Below the pieces are notes generated by a model. The model had not been told where the DNA came from, ran no database searches, and saw only the letters and a list, made by a program, of their open reading frames with translations. This document shows, in pieces, positions 18,505 to 28,107 of a DNA stretch of 64,000 bases. The stretch comes from an uncultured Clostridia bacterium. GTDB taxonomy: Bacteria; Bacillota; Clostridia; Christensenellales; UBA1242. How positions within the stretch are numbered: position 1 is the stretch's first letter; each line of letters starts with the position of its first letter. Position numbers and translations under genes: made by a program. The stretch is from assembly GCA_944383295.1 (NCBI GenBank), contig CALWOW010000008.1:9570-73569 (forward strand), given 5' to 3'.

Positions 18505-20814
18505 GTGCAGAATTTTAAACAAAAGACAGAAAACACAAGTAACAAAAAGAAACTTATTTTTGTATTGTGTTGCGTGGTTGCATTTGTTTGCGGTATGGTA
18601 GCAACACCTTTGTTAATTTTATATACTCAAAACAAAAATGTTGATGCTACTACTACACGAGCAGATGCTACAATAGGTAATTTATACAACATAGACGGTT
18701 CATTAAATAAGGTGAATGCAGGTAAGTTGTTGTCAAAGTTGAAATACTCAACAGATATGGGCGATAGCAGTGGCATTTCAGGACCCAAAATTGCGACACG
18801 AGCAGGGACAAGTGGCTCATTTGTGTTTGAAATGGGGTACTTTGTGGACCAAAATGGTAATATGGACACAGGTAAACCTTTGACTTGGCAAGCGGTTTAT
18901 TTGCGTAATGGCTATCTCACCATTTGGTTAAACAACTCTTATACAACAGGTAATTTTAATGAATACGGCACAAGTTCGAGTTATCCTATTCCTGACCATT
19001 TGGTAGGGTTTGCTGGCTATACAACTTCGCAATACACAAGAGCTTATTATTATAAATCACTTATTCGAGATGTGGTAAAAGGTATTAATGCAAAGATTGC
19101 GTCAAGACACACTGCGTGGAATGCTATTATCCGTTCACCTATGGAAATGGAGGCGGAGTCAGGTGTTTCGTGGCAAAGTTCACAACCAAACCCTAGATTT
19201 TATAGTACAAGTTACACATCAAAATGGAATTCAATGAAAAGTGGCTCTACCTACGATATCACAGGGGATAAAATGTGGATACCATCACACTATGAGTTGT
19301 TTAGTACAAATACTTCGTCTGCTTCTACTACAAGCGGATTTTGGGGTGTAAATAGCACCACCGAGAGAAAAGATAATAGTACAGTAGCATATGATGGCAC
19401 GACTATAGTTAGTCAATATAGTTGGACAAGATGTTCCCACAATTGGGGTAGCGATATGGTTGTTAATGAAGCGGGTTCAACAGGTTATGGAAGTTTTGAC
19501 AGCGATGATGCTTATTACGGTTATCGTCCTGCTTGCCACTTGTGGTTAGATTATTTAGCAACTGACATAGGTTATGATACGACTTATTCAATAACAGCAA
19601 GTGTAGATAGTGGCTCAACTAGTAAATTAAGTTTGGACAAGACAAGCGGTAGTTTTATAAGTGTAAATAACGATGGTGACCCTGTCACATTTAAGTTTAC
19701 TGCTAACACAAATTATACAGTAAGTAAGATTACAATCAACGGTGTTGCAATCACAATAGGACAAGCAAAGCAATATGATTATCTAATGGGTGTCGGTACG
19801 GAATACAAGTGTTTTAGGAGTGGACAAGAAGTTTATGTAATTGTATCTCGATTGTGGCAAAATTTAACTATTGTAGGTTATGCAGATTACGATTTTGTAG
19901 TTACCCCTGCAAATGCTGATTTGACAATAGCAAATGCGACTTGCACCACAAACGGAAGTACAATGAATGCTCGTGTTGTAATTGCATACAACTGGTCTAA
20001 AAACATTCGCTTTAAATTAGATGGTAGCGAATGGGTAAATTTACAAGGCGAAATGAGTCAAGGCACGGTTGGAAGTGTAACTTATGTACATAATTCGGAC
20101 TATCAATACAAATTCGTAATGATTGACTTTTCAAATTTAAGTGTTGGTACGCACTCAATGGAAGTTGATTATTACACCGCAAGTGTTCCCGAAGTAAGTA
20201 GTGTAACAGTAAATGTAAACGGTGGTTCTGCTACTGTTACTAAAAAAGAAGATAGCGACAACAATGTTAGTATTGTCGTAGTACCTGCAACAGGTTATTA
20301 TGTAAACACAATGACAATTGAAGGAATGGATTATCCTATTGCGTATTACAAGGAAGAAGTTTACGGCGCTGGCACTGCTACAACAATTCAATATGTCGCA
20401 AAATCTCAAAATAATAGTTTTGTAATCTTGATTGAAAATGTTTATCAAGACTTTGCGATTAACTTATTGCTTACTAATGTAGCGCCAACATTGAAAAATC
20501 CACCACTAGGGGGCGGAACTACAATAACAGGTAGTGTAGTGACTGCTACTGCGGGTGGTGAAGCACGTATTGTAGGTAACGATATGAGTACCGATGAGGG
20601 TGTAAATACGGTTACTTATGTTGCTGTTGCATATACGGGCTACACATTTAGTCACTGGGTAGATATTGCTGACGAAAATACACCTTTAAGTAACAGCGCT
20701 TCTTTAGTGTTATCAAGAGAAGAAGCGGAAGGTAAAATCATAAAAGCAGTATTTGTAAAGACATCAAATCAAAATACAAATGGCGAAGTTGACAATTCTA
20801 CCGATATATTGTAA
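18505..20814 (+). CDS. Large N-terminally anchored surface protein: DUF6273-like head, Ig-like modules, C-terminal Listeria-Bacteroides (Flg_new/InlB-B-type) repeat
   Basis: GTG start 5 nt after AAGGAGG. Single N-terminal TM (LIFVLCCVVAFVCGMVATPLLIL). WTRC...YGYRPACHLWL motif. C-terminal GGEARIV...AYTGYTFSHWVD...KAVFV. Confidence 0.8.
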   Translation: MQNFKQKTENTSNKKKLIFVLCCVVAFVCGMVATPLLILYTQNKNVDATTTRADATIGNLYNIDGSLNKVNAGKLLSKLKYSTDMGDSSGISGPKIATRAGTSGSFVFEMGYFVDQNGNMDTGKPLTWQAVYLRNGYLTIWLNNSYTTGNFNEYGTSSSYPIPDHLVGFAGYTTSQYTRAYYYKSLIRDVVKGINAKIASRHTAWNAIIRSPMEMEAESGVSWQSSQPNPRFYSTSYTSKWNSMKSGSTYDITGDKMWIPSHYELFSTNTSSASTTSGFWGVNSTTERKDNSTVAYDGTTIVSQYSWTRCSHNWGSDMVVNEAGSTGYGSFDSDDAYYGYRPACHLWLDYLATDIGYDTTYSITASVDSGSTSKLSLDKTSGSFISVNNDGDPVTFKFTANTNYTVSKITINGVAITIGQAKQYDYLMGVGTEYKCFRSGQEVYVIVSRLWQNLTIVGYADYDFVVTPANADLTIANATCTTNGSTMNARVVIAYNWSKNIRFKLDGSEWVNLQGEMSQGTVGSVTYVHNSDYQYKFVMIDFSNLSVGTHSMEVDYYTASVPEVSSVTVNVNGGSATVTKKEDSDNNVSIVVVPATGYYVNTMTIEGMDYPIAYYKEEVYGAGTATTIQYVAKSQNNSFVILIENVYQDFAINLLLTNVAPTLKNPPLGGGTTITGSVVTATAGGEARIVGNDMSTDEGVNTVTYVAVAYTGYTFSHWVDIADENTPLSNSASLVLSREEAEGKIIKAVFVKTSNQNTNGEVDNSTDIL

Positions 20815-20820
20815 AGAGAA

Positions 20821-20850
20821 AAAGAGTGTAAAGCACTCTTTTTTGTTTTA
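20821..20850 (+). terminator. Intrinsic terminator after surface-protein gene 1
   Basis: AAAGAGTG-taaag-CACTCTTT followed by a T-run. Confidence 0.75.
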
Positions 20851-20932
20851 TTTCATATTAGTATTTATTTAATTTTCTCACTTTATTTTTCTATTTACCA
20901 TATTATATATTAGATTTGAAAGGGGATAAATT

Positions 20933-22186
20933 TTGAGTAAATACATAATTGACGGCGGTCATAGTTTGAGTGGCACAATAACTGTAGATTGTGCTAAAAA
21001 CGCATATTTGCCTATACTAGCAGGTACTATTCTTTGCGATGGGGAAGTTATTTTAAAACGCCCCCCTCGTTTTACCGATGTGATGAATATGTGCTTGATT
21101 TTGGAAAAGTTGGGTATGAAAGTAACTCAAGAAAATGATGCTTTGATAATTAACGGTAGTAAAGCGAACCCACGTTTTGTTCCTGTGGATATAGCAAAAT
21201 TGTTACGTTCTTCAATATTTACACTAGGAGCAATGCTAGGTAGATTTAAACAAGCGCGCGTGGCTTATCCCGGTGGTTGTGATATAGGTTTGAGACCGAT
21301 TGATTTGCACCTTAAAGGGTTGCGTGATATGGGGGTAATCATTACAGAAAGTCACGGAATTATTAATTGCGATGCAACTAAATTGCACGGCGGTATGGTG
21401 CATTTAGATTTTGCTAGTGTGGGAGCAACCGAAAATTTAATTTTAACCGCAGTGCTAGGAAAGGAAAAAACAACAATTCTAAATTGTGCTCGTGAACCTG
21501 AAATTGTAGATTTGTGTAATTTTCTAAATAAAATGGGTGCACGTATATTCGGTGCGGGAACTGGTAGAATAGAAATAGAACCTGTTAAAAAGTTATACGG
21601 TACGGAATACACCCCTATAGGCGATAGGATAATTGCAGGTACATATTTAATTGCAGGCGCTATTACTCACGGAGAAATTGAAGTTTGCGGTTGCAACACT
21701 ATGTTTTTTTCAAGTTTAATAGATAAATTGCGCTATTCTGGTTGCGTTTTAAAGGTAAAAAGTGATAAAATTTATTTAAAGAGTCCCAAAACTCTTAAAA
21801 GCGTAGGTTTTGTTGAAACACAAGTTTATCCAGGTTTTCCTACTGATTTGCAAGCGCAAATTTTGACTTTGCAAACAGTGAGCGAAGGGTCGTGCGTTGT
21901 ACAAGAAAATATTTTTGAATCTCGTTTTAAGTTTGTGCCTGAATTAATTAAAATGGGGGCAAAAGTGCGTGCTCGTGACTGTACTGCTTATATTGAAGGG
22001 GTGGACAGTTTAAGCGGAGCGGAAGTCTATGCAAAGGATTTGCGTGGTGGGGCAAGTCTTGTGCTCGCTGGTTTGACTGCAAAAGGTTATACTACCGTTC
22101 ATGATATTTATCATATCGAACGTGGTTATAGCGATTTGGATTTGTGTTTAAATAGTTTGGGTGCAAAAATACGCAGAGAAGATTAA
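20933..22186 (+). CDS. murA: UDP-N-acetylglucosamine 1-carboxyvinyltransferase
   Basis: GAKNAxLPILA-type N-terminus (CAKNAYLPILAG), active-site loop YPGGCDIGLRPIDLH, 417 aa. TTG start. Confidence 0.9.
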   Translation: MSKYIIDGGHSLSGTITVDCAKNAYLPILAGTILCDGEVILKRPPRFTDVMNMCLILEKLGMKVTQENDALIINGSKANPRFVPVDIAKLLRSSIFTLGAMLGRFKQARVAYPGGCDIGLRPIDLHLKGLRDMGVIITESHGIINCDATKLHGGMVHLDFASVGATENLILTAVLGKEKTTILNCAREPEIVDLCNFLNKMGARIFGAGTGRIEIEPVKKLYGTEYTPIGDRIIAGTYLIAGAITHGEIEVCGCNTMFFSSLIDKLRYSGCVLKVKSDKIYLKSPKTLKSVGFVETQVYPGFPTDLQAQILTLQTVSEGSCVVQENIFESRFKFVPELIKMGAKVRARDCTAYIEGVDSLSGAEVYAKDLRGGASLVLAGLTAKGYTTVHDIYHIERGYSDLDLCLNSLGAKIRRED

Positions 22187-22203
22187 AACAAGGAGTGCCG
22201 ACT

Positions 22204-22971
22204 TTGAGAAAAAGTGCAAAAATTGGTGTGATTGTGTCCGTTTTGGCTGTGATAACACTTTTAGTTGTGTTGTCTAGTACTATTTTTGCCGTTGGGCAGG
22301 CAAGGTTGATTTGGTATAATGTACCAACAGGCACTCTTGCAAATTTGACTAATGAAATGATTTTGGAAAATTCTAATGTAGCGCATCAAAGCGTGTTTAT
22401 ATTAGATAAACAGAAAGCAAAAGAGAGTTTGGAAGCAAAATACCCTCGTATGAGAGTGATTGATATAGAAGTAGTTTGGCCAAACATTATTAATGTGCAC
22501 GCTATTGAAAGACAAGAAGTTTATGCTGTTAAGCTCGGCGAAAACAAGTATGCAATCACTGATGAATATTTTAAAATTTTAAAGATAAGCAATACTTTTT
22601 CAAGCACGCAGACAAATCAAGTTTTGGTAGAAATTCCAAACTTAAATGACAAAAATTACAATGTAGGGGACACTATTTCTTTTGAATATACAGATACTTT
22701 TATAAATATCTATCAAGCGTTTTTGCAATTAAATAGAGATTTAACTGATATGCGTGCTTTGTGTGCTAGTATTAGTTATACAAATTCAAAAGTAACTATA
22801 AATACTCATTTTGGTGTTACAATTCTTTTGGACAACCCTACAATCAATACTGCACCTAAAATGCGACTTGCAGTAAAAGTTTTTGATATGTTGGGTACAG
22901 AAGATTATGGTAAGGGTACAATTGAAGTTTTCGTTAATAGTGATAACGATTTAGAAAGCAGATATTACTAA
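22204..22971 (+). CDS. FtsQ/DivIB-like cell-division protein (TM + POTRA)
   Basis: Follows murA as at the end of dcw clusters. N-terminal TM IGVIVSVLAVITLLVVL. POTRA-like VIDIEVVWPNIINVHAIERQ. Start uncertain (TTG 22204 or GTG 22195). Confidence 0.55.
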   Translation: MRKSAKIGVIVSVLAVITLLVVLSSTIFAVGQARLIWYNVPTGTLANLTNEMILENSNVAHQSVFILDKQKAKESLEAKYPRMRVIDIEVVWPNIINVHAIERQEVYAVKLGENKYAITDEYFKILKISNTFSSTQTNQVLVEIPNLNDKNYNVGDTISFEYTDTFINIYQAFLQLNRDLTDMRALCASISYTNSKVTINTHFGVTILLDNPTINTAPKMRLAVKVFDMLGTEDYGKGTIEVFVNSDNDLESRYY

Positions 22972-23082
22972 TTTGATATAATTTGGCACAAATAAAAAAC
23001 TTTGTTAAATTGACTTGTAAAAACAAATTATGTATGTTATACTAATTCTTGCTTTATTTAAAATGTTTTTTGGAGGCTTACA

Positions 23083-23406
23083 ATGAGTTTTATCAGCATA
23101 TTAGGTGCAGGTTTACCTGTTTGGGTAACTACTTCATTCCCAATAATCAAGTATATTTTACTTGCATATATTGGTCTTGCTGCTATCGCAATAACTGTTT
23201 TAGTTTTGTTGCAACCTAGCAATAGTCATGGCGGTTTAAATGCAATTACAGGCGCAACTGAAACTTATTACTCACACAATAAGGGTGCAACTCGTGAAGG
23301 TCGTATGAAAAGAGCGACTATGTGGTTGGCGATTACTGTTGCTATTGCTACTTTGTTGTATTTTGTTTTAGAATTAATTTTAAAACTTAATGTTGCAGGA
23401 GCGTAA
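23083..23406 (+). CDS. secG: Preprotein translocase subunit SecG
   Basis: Two TM helices with the LLQPSNSHGGLNAITG loop. The secG-rnr-smpB-ssrA order is typical of Firmicutes. Confidence 0.75.
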   Translation: MSFISILGAGLPVWVTTSFPIIKYILLAYIGLAAIAITVLVLLQPSNSHGGLNAITGATETYYSHNKGATREGRMKRATMWLAITVAIATLLYFVLELILKLNVAGA

Positions 23407-23497
23407 AAGCAAACTAAAAGGACTATGTGTTTAGCAACTTTTTGTTGCTATCGCTACCGTACTTTATTTTGTGTTGTCGCTAGTTGCGTAACTAAAA

Positions 23498-23523
23498 GGA
23501 GAGGGTAGCCCTCTCTTTATTTG
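23498..23523 (+). terminator. Intrinsic terminator in the secG-rnr spacer
   Basis: GGAGAGGG-tagc-CCTCTC(T) followed by TTTATTTG. Confidence 0.65.
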
Positions 23524-23554
23524 TTTAAAAAGAAAAAATTAAAAGGAAAATTCA

Positions 23555-25672
23555 ATGCAAGAAGAACAAATTGCTACTATTTTAGATTTTATTAAATCAA
23601 ACAATCTAAATTTTCGCACACGAACCGAACTCGCAACAAACATTAGTCAAGGGCTGGGGTATGACTTTACAACGGCTTATTCTCTAATTGGGGAAATGCT
23701 AGATAATGGAGATTTATTGGTTGAAGGAAATGATAAATTAGCGACAATAGAAGCATTAGGATTGAGAAAAGGGGTGTTGGTAGGTAATTCTCGTGGTTTT
23801 GCTTTTTGTAAATTTATAGACGATGGCGAAACTCCTGATGTTTTCATTCCACCTGTATCTTTAAAAACTGCACTACACAACGACACTGTTTTGGTTAAAG
23901 TACGCAAAAAAGATGACAAAACAGAAGGTCAGGTTGTAAAAGTCATTAAGCGCAATGATAAAAACATTGTGGGTACGCTAGATATTGTAAACGACCATTT
24001 GGGCTTTGTTAAACCTGACGATACTCGCTACTTTAAGGATATTTTAGTTAGAAATATCAAGAAATTTAAGGTAAAAGAAGGCGACAAAGTAGTTTGCCGT
24101 ATTACAAAATATGTAGCAGGGGACAAAAACCCACAAGGAAATCTTGTTGAAGTGTTAGGTTTAAATGGTGACCCTAAAATTGAAATGCTTGCAATTATAC
24201 GTGAAAACAATCTTTACGAAGAGTTTGAGCCAGAAGTACTAGCAGAGGCAAAAACTTTACCGCAAACAGTGTCTAAAAGTGCTTTAAATGGTAGGCGTGA
24301 TTTTACTGACCAAAATATAGTAACAATTGATAGTTTTGATACTCGTGACATAGACGATGCGGTAGGAATTACTGAAAATCCTGATGGTACATTTACTTTG
24401 GGAGTGCATATCGCTGACGTATCGGAATATGTAAAACAAAATAGTCCGCTTGATAAAGAAGCATACAAGCGTGGCACAAGCGTATATTTTCCTGATTTAG
24501 TTTATCCAATGTTACCGAAAGAGTTGAGTAATGGTATTTGCTCGCTTAATCCAAAGGTAATACGTCTTACTTTGTCAGTTATAATGAAAATTGATACTGA
24601 AGGTAATGTTTTAGATTATGAAATTTGCGAGAGTTTTATAAAATCTCGTGAAAAGATGACCTACAAAGATGTGTTTGCAATTTTGAATGATGACGCAGAA
24701 GTATGCGCAAAATATAAAGATTTGGTAAAAGATTTCAAAACTATGCAAAAACTTCATCGCATTTTGGAAAACAAAAGGCGCAAGCGTGGTGCTTTGGAAT
24801 TTGATTTACCTGAATGTAAGTTTGAAATGGACGAGGCAGGACACGTTACAAATGTCTTGTTGTATGAGCGTAACGAAGCACATATGTTGATTGAATCATT
24901 TATGCTAGTAGCAAACGAAACTGTCGCACACGCTTGTTGTAAAGAAAAATTACCATTTTTGTATCGTGTTCACGAACAGCCAGATGGGCAAAAAATGTTT
25001 GATTTCTTTCAGTTTGCAGGGCAATTTGGATACAAGGTAGCAGACAATCCTGATAAGGTAACACCAAAACAACTACAAAGACTTTTGAAACAAGTAGAAG
25101 GTCAACCTTATGAAAAGTTAATTAATTCAGTATTGTTGCGTAGTTTACAAAAGGCAAGATATGCTCCTAAAAATTTAGGACACTTTGGTATAGCTGCGAC
25201 AGATTACTGTCACTTTACTTCACCAATTCGTAGGTATCCTGACTTGCTAATTCACCGTATTATCAAGAAATTTTATTTGCGCAATAAAGACAAAAAGCAA
25301 ATGGAATGGTATCAAGAATTTGTGGAAGAGGCAAGTATTCAAACAAGTGAACGTGAGAAATTAGCGGAAGTAGCAGAACGTGAGGTTGATGACCTTAAAA
25401 AAGCAGATTATATGCAAAACCATGTTGGCGAAATTTTCGATGGTGTTGTGTCCGGTGCTACAAATTTTGGTGTGTTTGTTGAGTTGCCAAATACAGTTGA
25501 AGGTATGTGTTCTTTAGAGAACTTACCGACAGACAATTATGTGTTTATTGAAAAGTTATATAAACTTTCTGGTTCAAAACACGATTATCAATTAGGACAA
25601 AAAGTGCGTGTACAGGTTGAAAGTGTAAACCTAAGACGTAGGCAAATAAACTTTAAAATGCTCGAAAGTTAA
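23555..25672 (+). CDS. rnr: Ribonuclease R
   Basis: RNB domain motifs (TIDSFDTRDIDDAV, HFTSPIRRYPDL), N-terminal cold-shock-like and C-terminal S1 (GEIFDGVVSGATNFGVFVEL) domains. Confidence 0.9.
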   Translation: MQEEQIATILDFIKSNNLNFRTRTELATNISQGLGYDFTTAYSLIGEMLDNGDLLVEGNDKLATIEALGLRKGVLVGNSRGFAFCKFIDDGETPDVFIPPVSLKTALHNDTVLVKVRKKDDKTEGQVVKVIKRNDKNIVGTLDIVNDHLGFVKPDDTRYFKDILVRNIKKFKVKEGDKVVCRITKYVAGDKNPQGNLVEVLGLNGDPKIEMLAIIRENNLYEEFEPEVLAEAKTLPQTVSKSALNGRRDFTDQNIVTIDSFDTRDIDDAVGITENPDGTFTLGVHIADVSEYVKQNSPLDKEAYKRGTSVYFPDLVYPMLPKELSNGICSLNPKVIRLTLSVIMKIDTEGNVLDYEICESFIKSREKMTYKDVFAILNDDAEVCAKYKDLVKDFKTMQKLHRILENKRRKRGALEFDLPECKFEMDEAGHVTNVLLYERNEAHMLIESFMLVANETVAHACCKEKLPFLYRVHEQPDGQKMFDFFQFAGQFGYKVADNPDKVTPKQLQRLLKQVEGQPYEKLINSVLLRSLQKARYAPKNLGHFGIAATDYCHFTSPIRRYPDLLIHRIIKKFYLRNKDKKQMEWYQEFVEEASIQTSEREKLAEVAEREVDDLKKADYMQNHVGEIFDGVVSGATNFGVFVELPNTVEGMCSLENLPTDNYVFIEKLYKLSGSKHDYQLGQKVRVQVESVNLRRRQINFKMLES

Positions 25673-25760
25673 ATTTTTGGAGCTTTTTTTGCGTTGTTTG
25701 TACTTTTTTTGAAAAAGGTATTGAAAAAAAATATTTTTGTGGTATAATAGGAGTGTAGGA

Positions 25761-26210
25761 ATGAAGGTAATAGCCACTAATAAACGTGCTCATTATGAAT
25801 ATTTTGTACTTAAAACTTTTACTGCGGGCATAAGTTTACAAGGTTGTGAAGTAAAATCAGTTCGTGCAGGTCATTCTAGTATAAATGATACTTATGTTAC
25901 CATTCGTAATAATGAGGCATATATTATCAATATGTACATCAAGACTTACGAGCATACTTCAAACTTTGTTCCTGATGAGCGTCGAGCGAGAAAATTATTG
26001 CTAAACAAGTCTGAGATTTACGAACTTTCTCAAGCAATATCTCAAAAAGGTTTGACGGTTGTACCATTAAAACTTTATTTTGATAATTCGCTCGTCAAAG
26101 TTGAAATTGCGATTTGTAGGGGTAAAAAATTACACGACAAACGTGAAACAATCAAGAAAAACGACCTTAAACGTGATATTCAACGAGAAATAAAAATGGC
26201 TAGATGCTAA
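25761..26210 (+). CDS. smpB: SsrA-binding protein
   Basis: NKRAHYEYF ... GISLQGCEVKSVR ... C-terminal basic tail. Start at ATG 25761. Confidence 0.9.
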   Translation: MKVIATNKRAHYEYFVLKTFTAGISLQGCEVKSVRAGHSSINDTYVTIRNNEAYIINMYIKTYEHTSNFVPDERRARKLLLNKSEIYELSQAISQKGLTVVPLKLYFDNSLVKVEIAICRGKKLHDKRETIKKNDLKRDIQREIKMARC

Positions 26211-26222
26211 TCTCTTTTTAGA

Positions 26223-26628
26223 GGGAGCGTACTGGTTTTGACAGACAGATGTTTGTTCTGTTTAGCATGTCGCTGGCTCGTCTGCGTTAAAAACGGAAAT
26301 TAAATTTAAATGCTGAAAACAAAGCAAACGTTCAAGTAATGCCTACTGCCAACTTTGGTGCAGTTGCATATGCTTAAACAATTAGTCTAAGTTATTTTTT
26401 AGACAGTCCATAGTAAATCTTTGGTCTAGTTGATTTGCTAGCGGGCTTCAACCCCCATTAGACCACTTCCAAAAATTGTTCGCTGGTTTGGAGTTAATAA
26501 AAGCGAAATAGTTTAAGTCTATTTTGTGATTTTGATGGACTTTTACGAGATTTACAAATTCACTAAACATGTAGAGGATAGGGCTAAATACTGTTTGGAC
26601 ATGGGTTCAACTCCCATCGCTTCCACCA
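26223..26628 (+). ncRNA. ssrA: tmRNA (SsrA)
   Basis: 5' GGGAGCG pairs with 3' CGCTTCC-ACCA, with a G3:U pair. T-arm GGGTTCAACTCCC. Internal tag ORF 26312-26374 (AENKANVQVMPTANFGAVAYA) then TAA. Lies directly downstream of smpB. Confidence 0.85.
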
Positions 26629-26661
26629 GTGCAAAAAAATTAAATTAGGAGCAAATGAAAA

Positions 26662-27969
26662 ATGGAACCAATAGTTGAAGCAATACTAAATGTACTTACT
26701 ATTATTGCATTAATAGCGGCAGTCGCTTTCATTATTATTTTGTTAGTTGACCTTGTGTTGTCTATTACAAACAAAAAAGGGTCTATCTTTTTCCGTGGAA
26801 ACAGTGATAATGATAAATCTGTACAAATTAAACAGGATACTACCGTAAATGAAAACAACGGTGCGCCTCAAGTTTTAGCATACGATGGTAATGAACAATC
26901 AAGCGTAAAAACTTGGGACGAGGAAGAAGCCGAACGTGAACAACGTGCTTTGCTTGAAGGGAAGCAAGGAATACGTGATGAAGAAGTTGGAAAAGAAGAC
27001 AAGGACTTTGCGCAAGAAAGACGTGAAATGATTGAACGTCGTAAGCAAGAGTTTGACGACTTTGATGATTTTGATTCTTTGTTTGAAGAAGACAACAAAG
27101 CGCAAAATGAAGAAGTTTCTCAACCGGAACAAAAGACAGATGAAGAATTTAATTTCGATGATATGATTAATGAAATTAATGCCGAGTCTGTTACAAAATA
27201 CACAGAGGGTAAAGATGAACAAATTGTTGCCCCTGTGACTGAAACTACAACAGAAGTAACAACATTTGAAGAACCAGCGCAAGATGTATCAAGCGAAACT
27301 GAACAAACTGAAGTTGTAGAACCAAGTACAGAAGAGAAGACAGAAACAGTAGAAACAACTTACGCTGAACAACCAGCACAAAATATTGAATATACTGAAA
27401 CAAGTAGTACTGCTAGCGACATTCAAGAGTTAACTCCATTCCTTGAACCAGAAATTCAAGATGATGAAGTTAAGATTGAACAAAAACCAATTGAACCAGT
27501 TGTTGAACCTAGAGAAATTACAAACGTTTATGAATTGTTCCCATTAGAAATGCTTGAAGAACGTTTGGAAAAATTGCAAGCACGTTTGAAAGTAAATGAA
27601 CGTGACTTGAAAGGTAATCGTAAGGAATACACTCCTTTGGCTCGAGTGCAACGTAGATTAGAGCGTGACCAAGAAAAATTGCGTCGTAGAGAAGCAATCA
27701 TTGCTCGTAAGAAAGTTATGCTTTATGGTGTAAACAACTATGTTGATATTGATGAAGAAAAAGCAAAGAAATTGAGCGAAGATTTGGACTTGTTGGATGG
27801 TTTGAGATTGTCAGTTCAACACTGCGAAGAAGTTATGGAACAAAACAAAGACCGCTTCCCAATTTTGGAAAAAACAAATCAAATTCTGGTTGAGCAGAAT
27901 AGACAAATCAAAGATGACATTGCTGAAGTTGAAACAGCTATTGCAAAACTAAAAGAAACAAATGAATAA
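26662..27969 (+). CDS. Hypothetical N-anchored protein with long polyacidic linker and C-terminal coiled coil
   Basis: TM helix ILNVLTIIALIAAVAFIIILLV. About 230 aa E/D/T-rich low complexity. C-terminal heptad-like LEERLEKLQARLK...AIAKLKE. Confidence 0.6.
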   Translation: MEPIVEAILNVLTIIALIAAVAFIIILLVDLVLSITNKKGSIFFRGNSDNDKSVQIKQDTTVNENNGAPQVLAYDGNEQSSVKTWDEEEAEREQRALLEGKQGIRDEEVGKEDKDFAQERREMIERRKQEFDDFDDFDSLFEEDNKAQNEEVSQPEQKTDEEFNFDDMINEINAESVTKYTEGKDEQIVAPVTETTTEVTTFEEPAQDVSSETEQTEVVEPSTEEKTETVETTYAEQPAQNIEYTETSSTASDIQELTPFLEPEIQDDEVKIEQKPIEPVVEPREITNVYELFPLEMLEERLEKLQARLKVNERDLKGNRKEYTPLARVQRRLERDQEKLRRREAIIARKKVMLYGVNNYVDIDEEKAKKLSEDLDLLDGLRLSVQHCEEVMEQNKDRFPILEKTNQILVEQNRQIKDDIAEVETAIAKLKETNE

Positions 27970-28107
27970 TATAAAAAAGAGTATCATTTTTTGGTGCTCT
28001 TTTTATTTTATTTTTTATAATTAATTTAATTGCGAATTTAATAAAAGTTTGATAAAATTAATATGTAATATACAAAGGGTGGCACATATTATTATTTCGA
28101 GGTTTTT

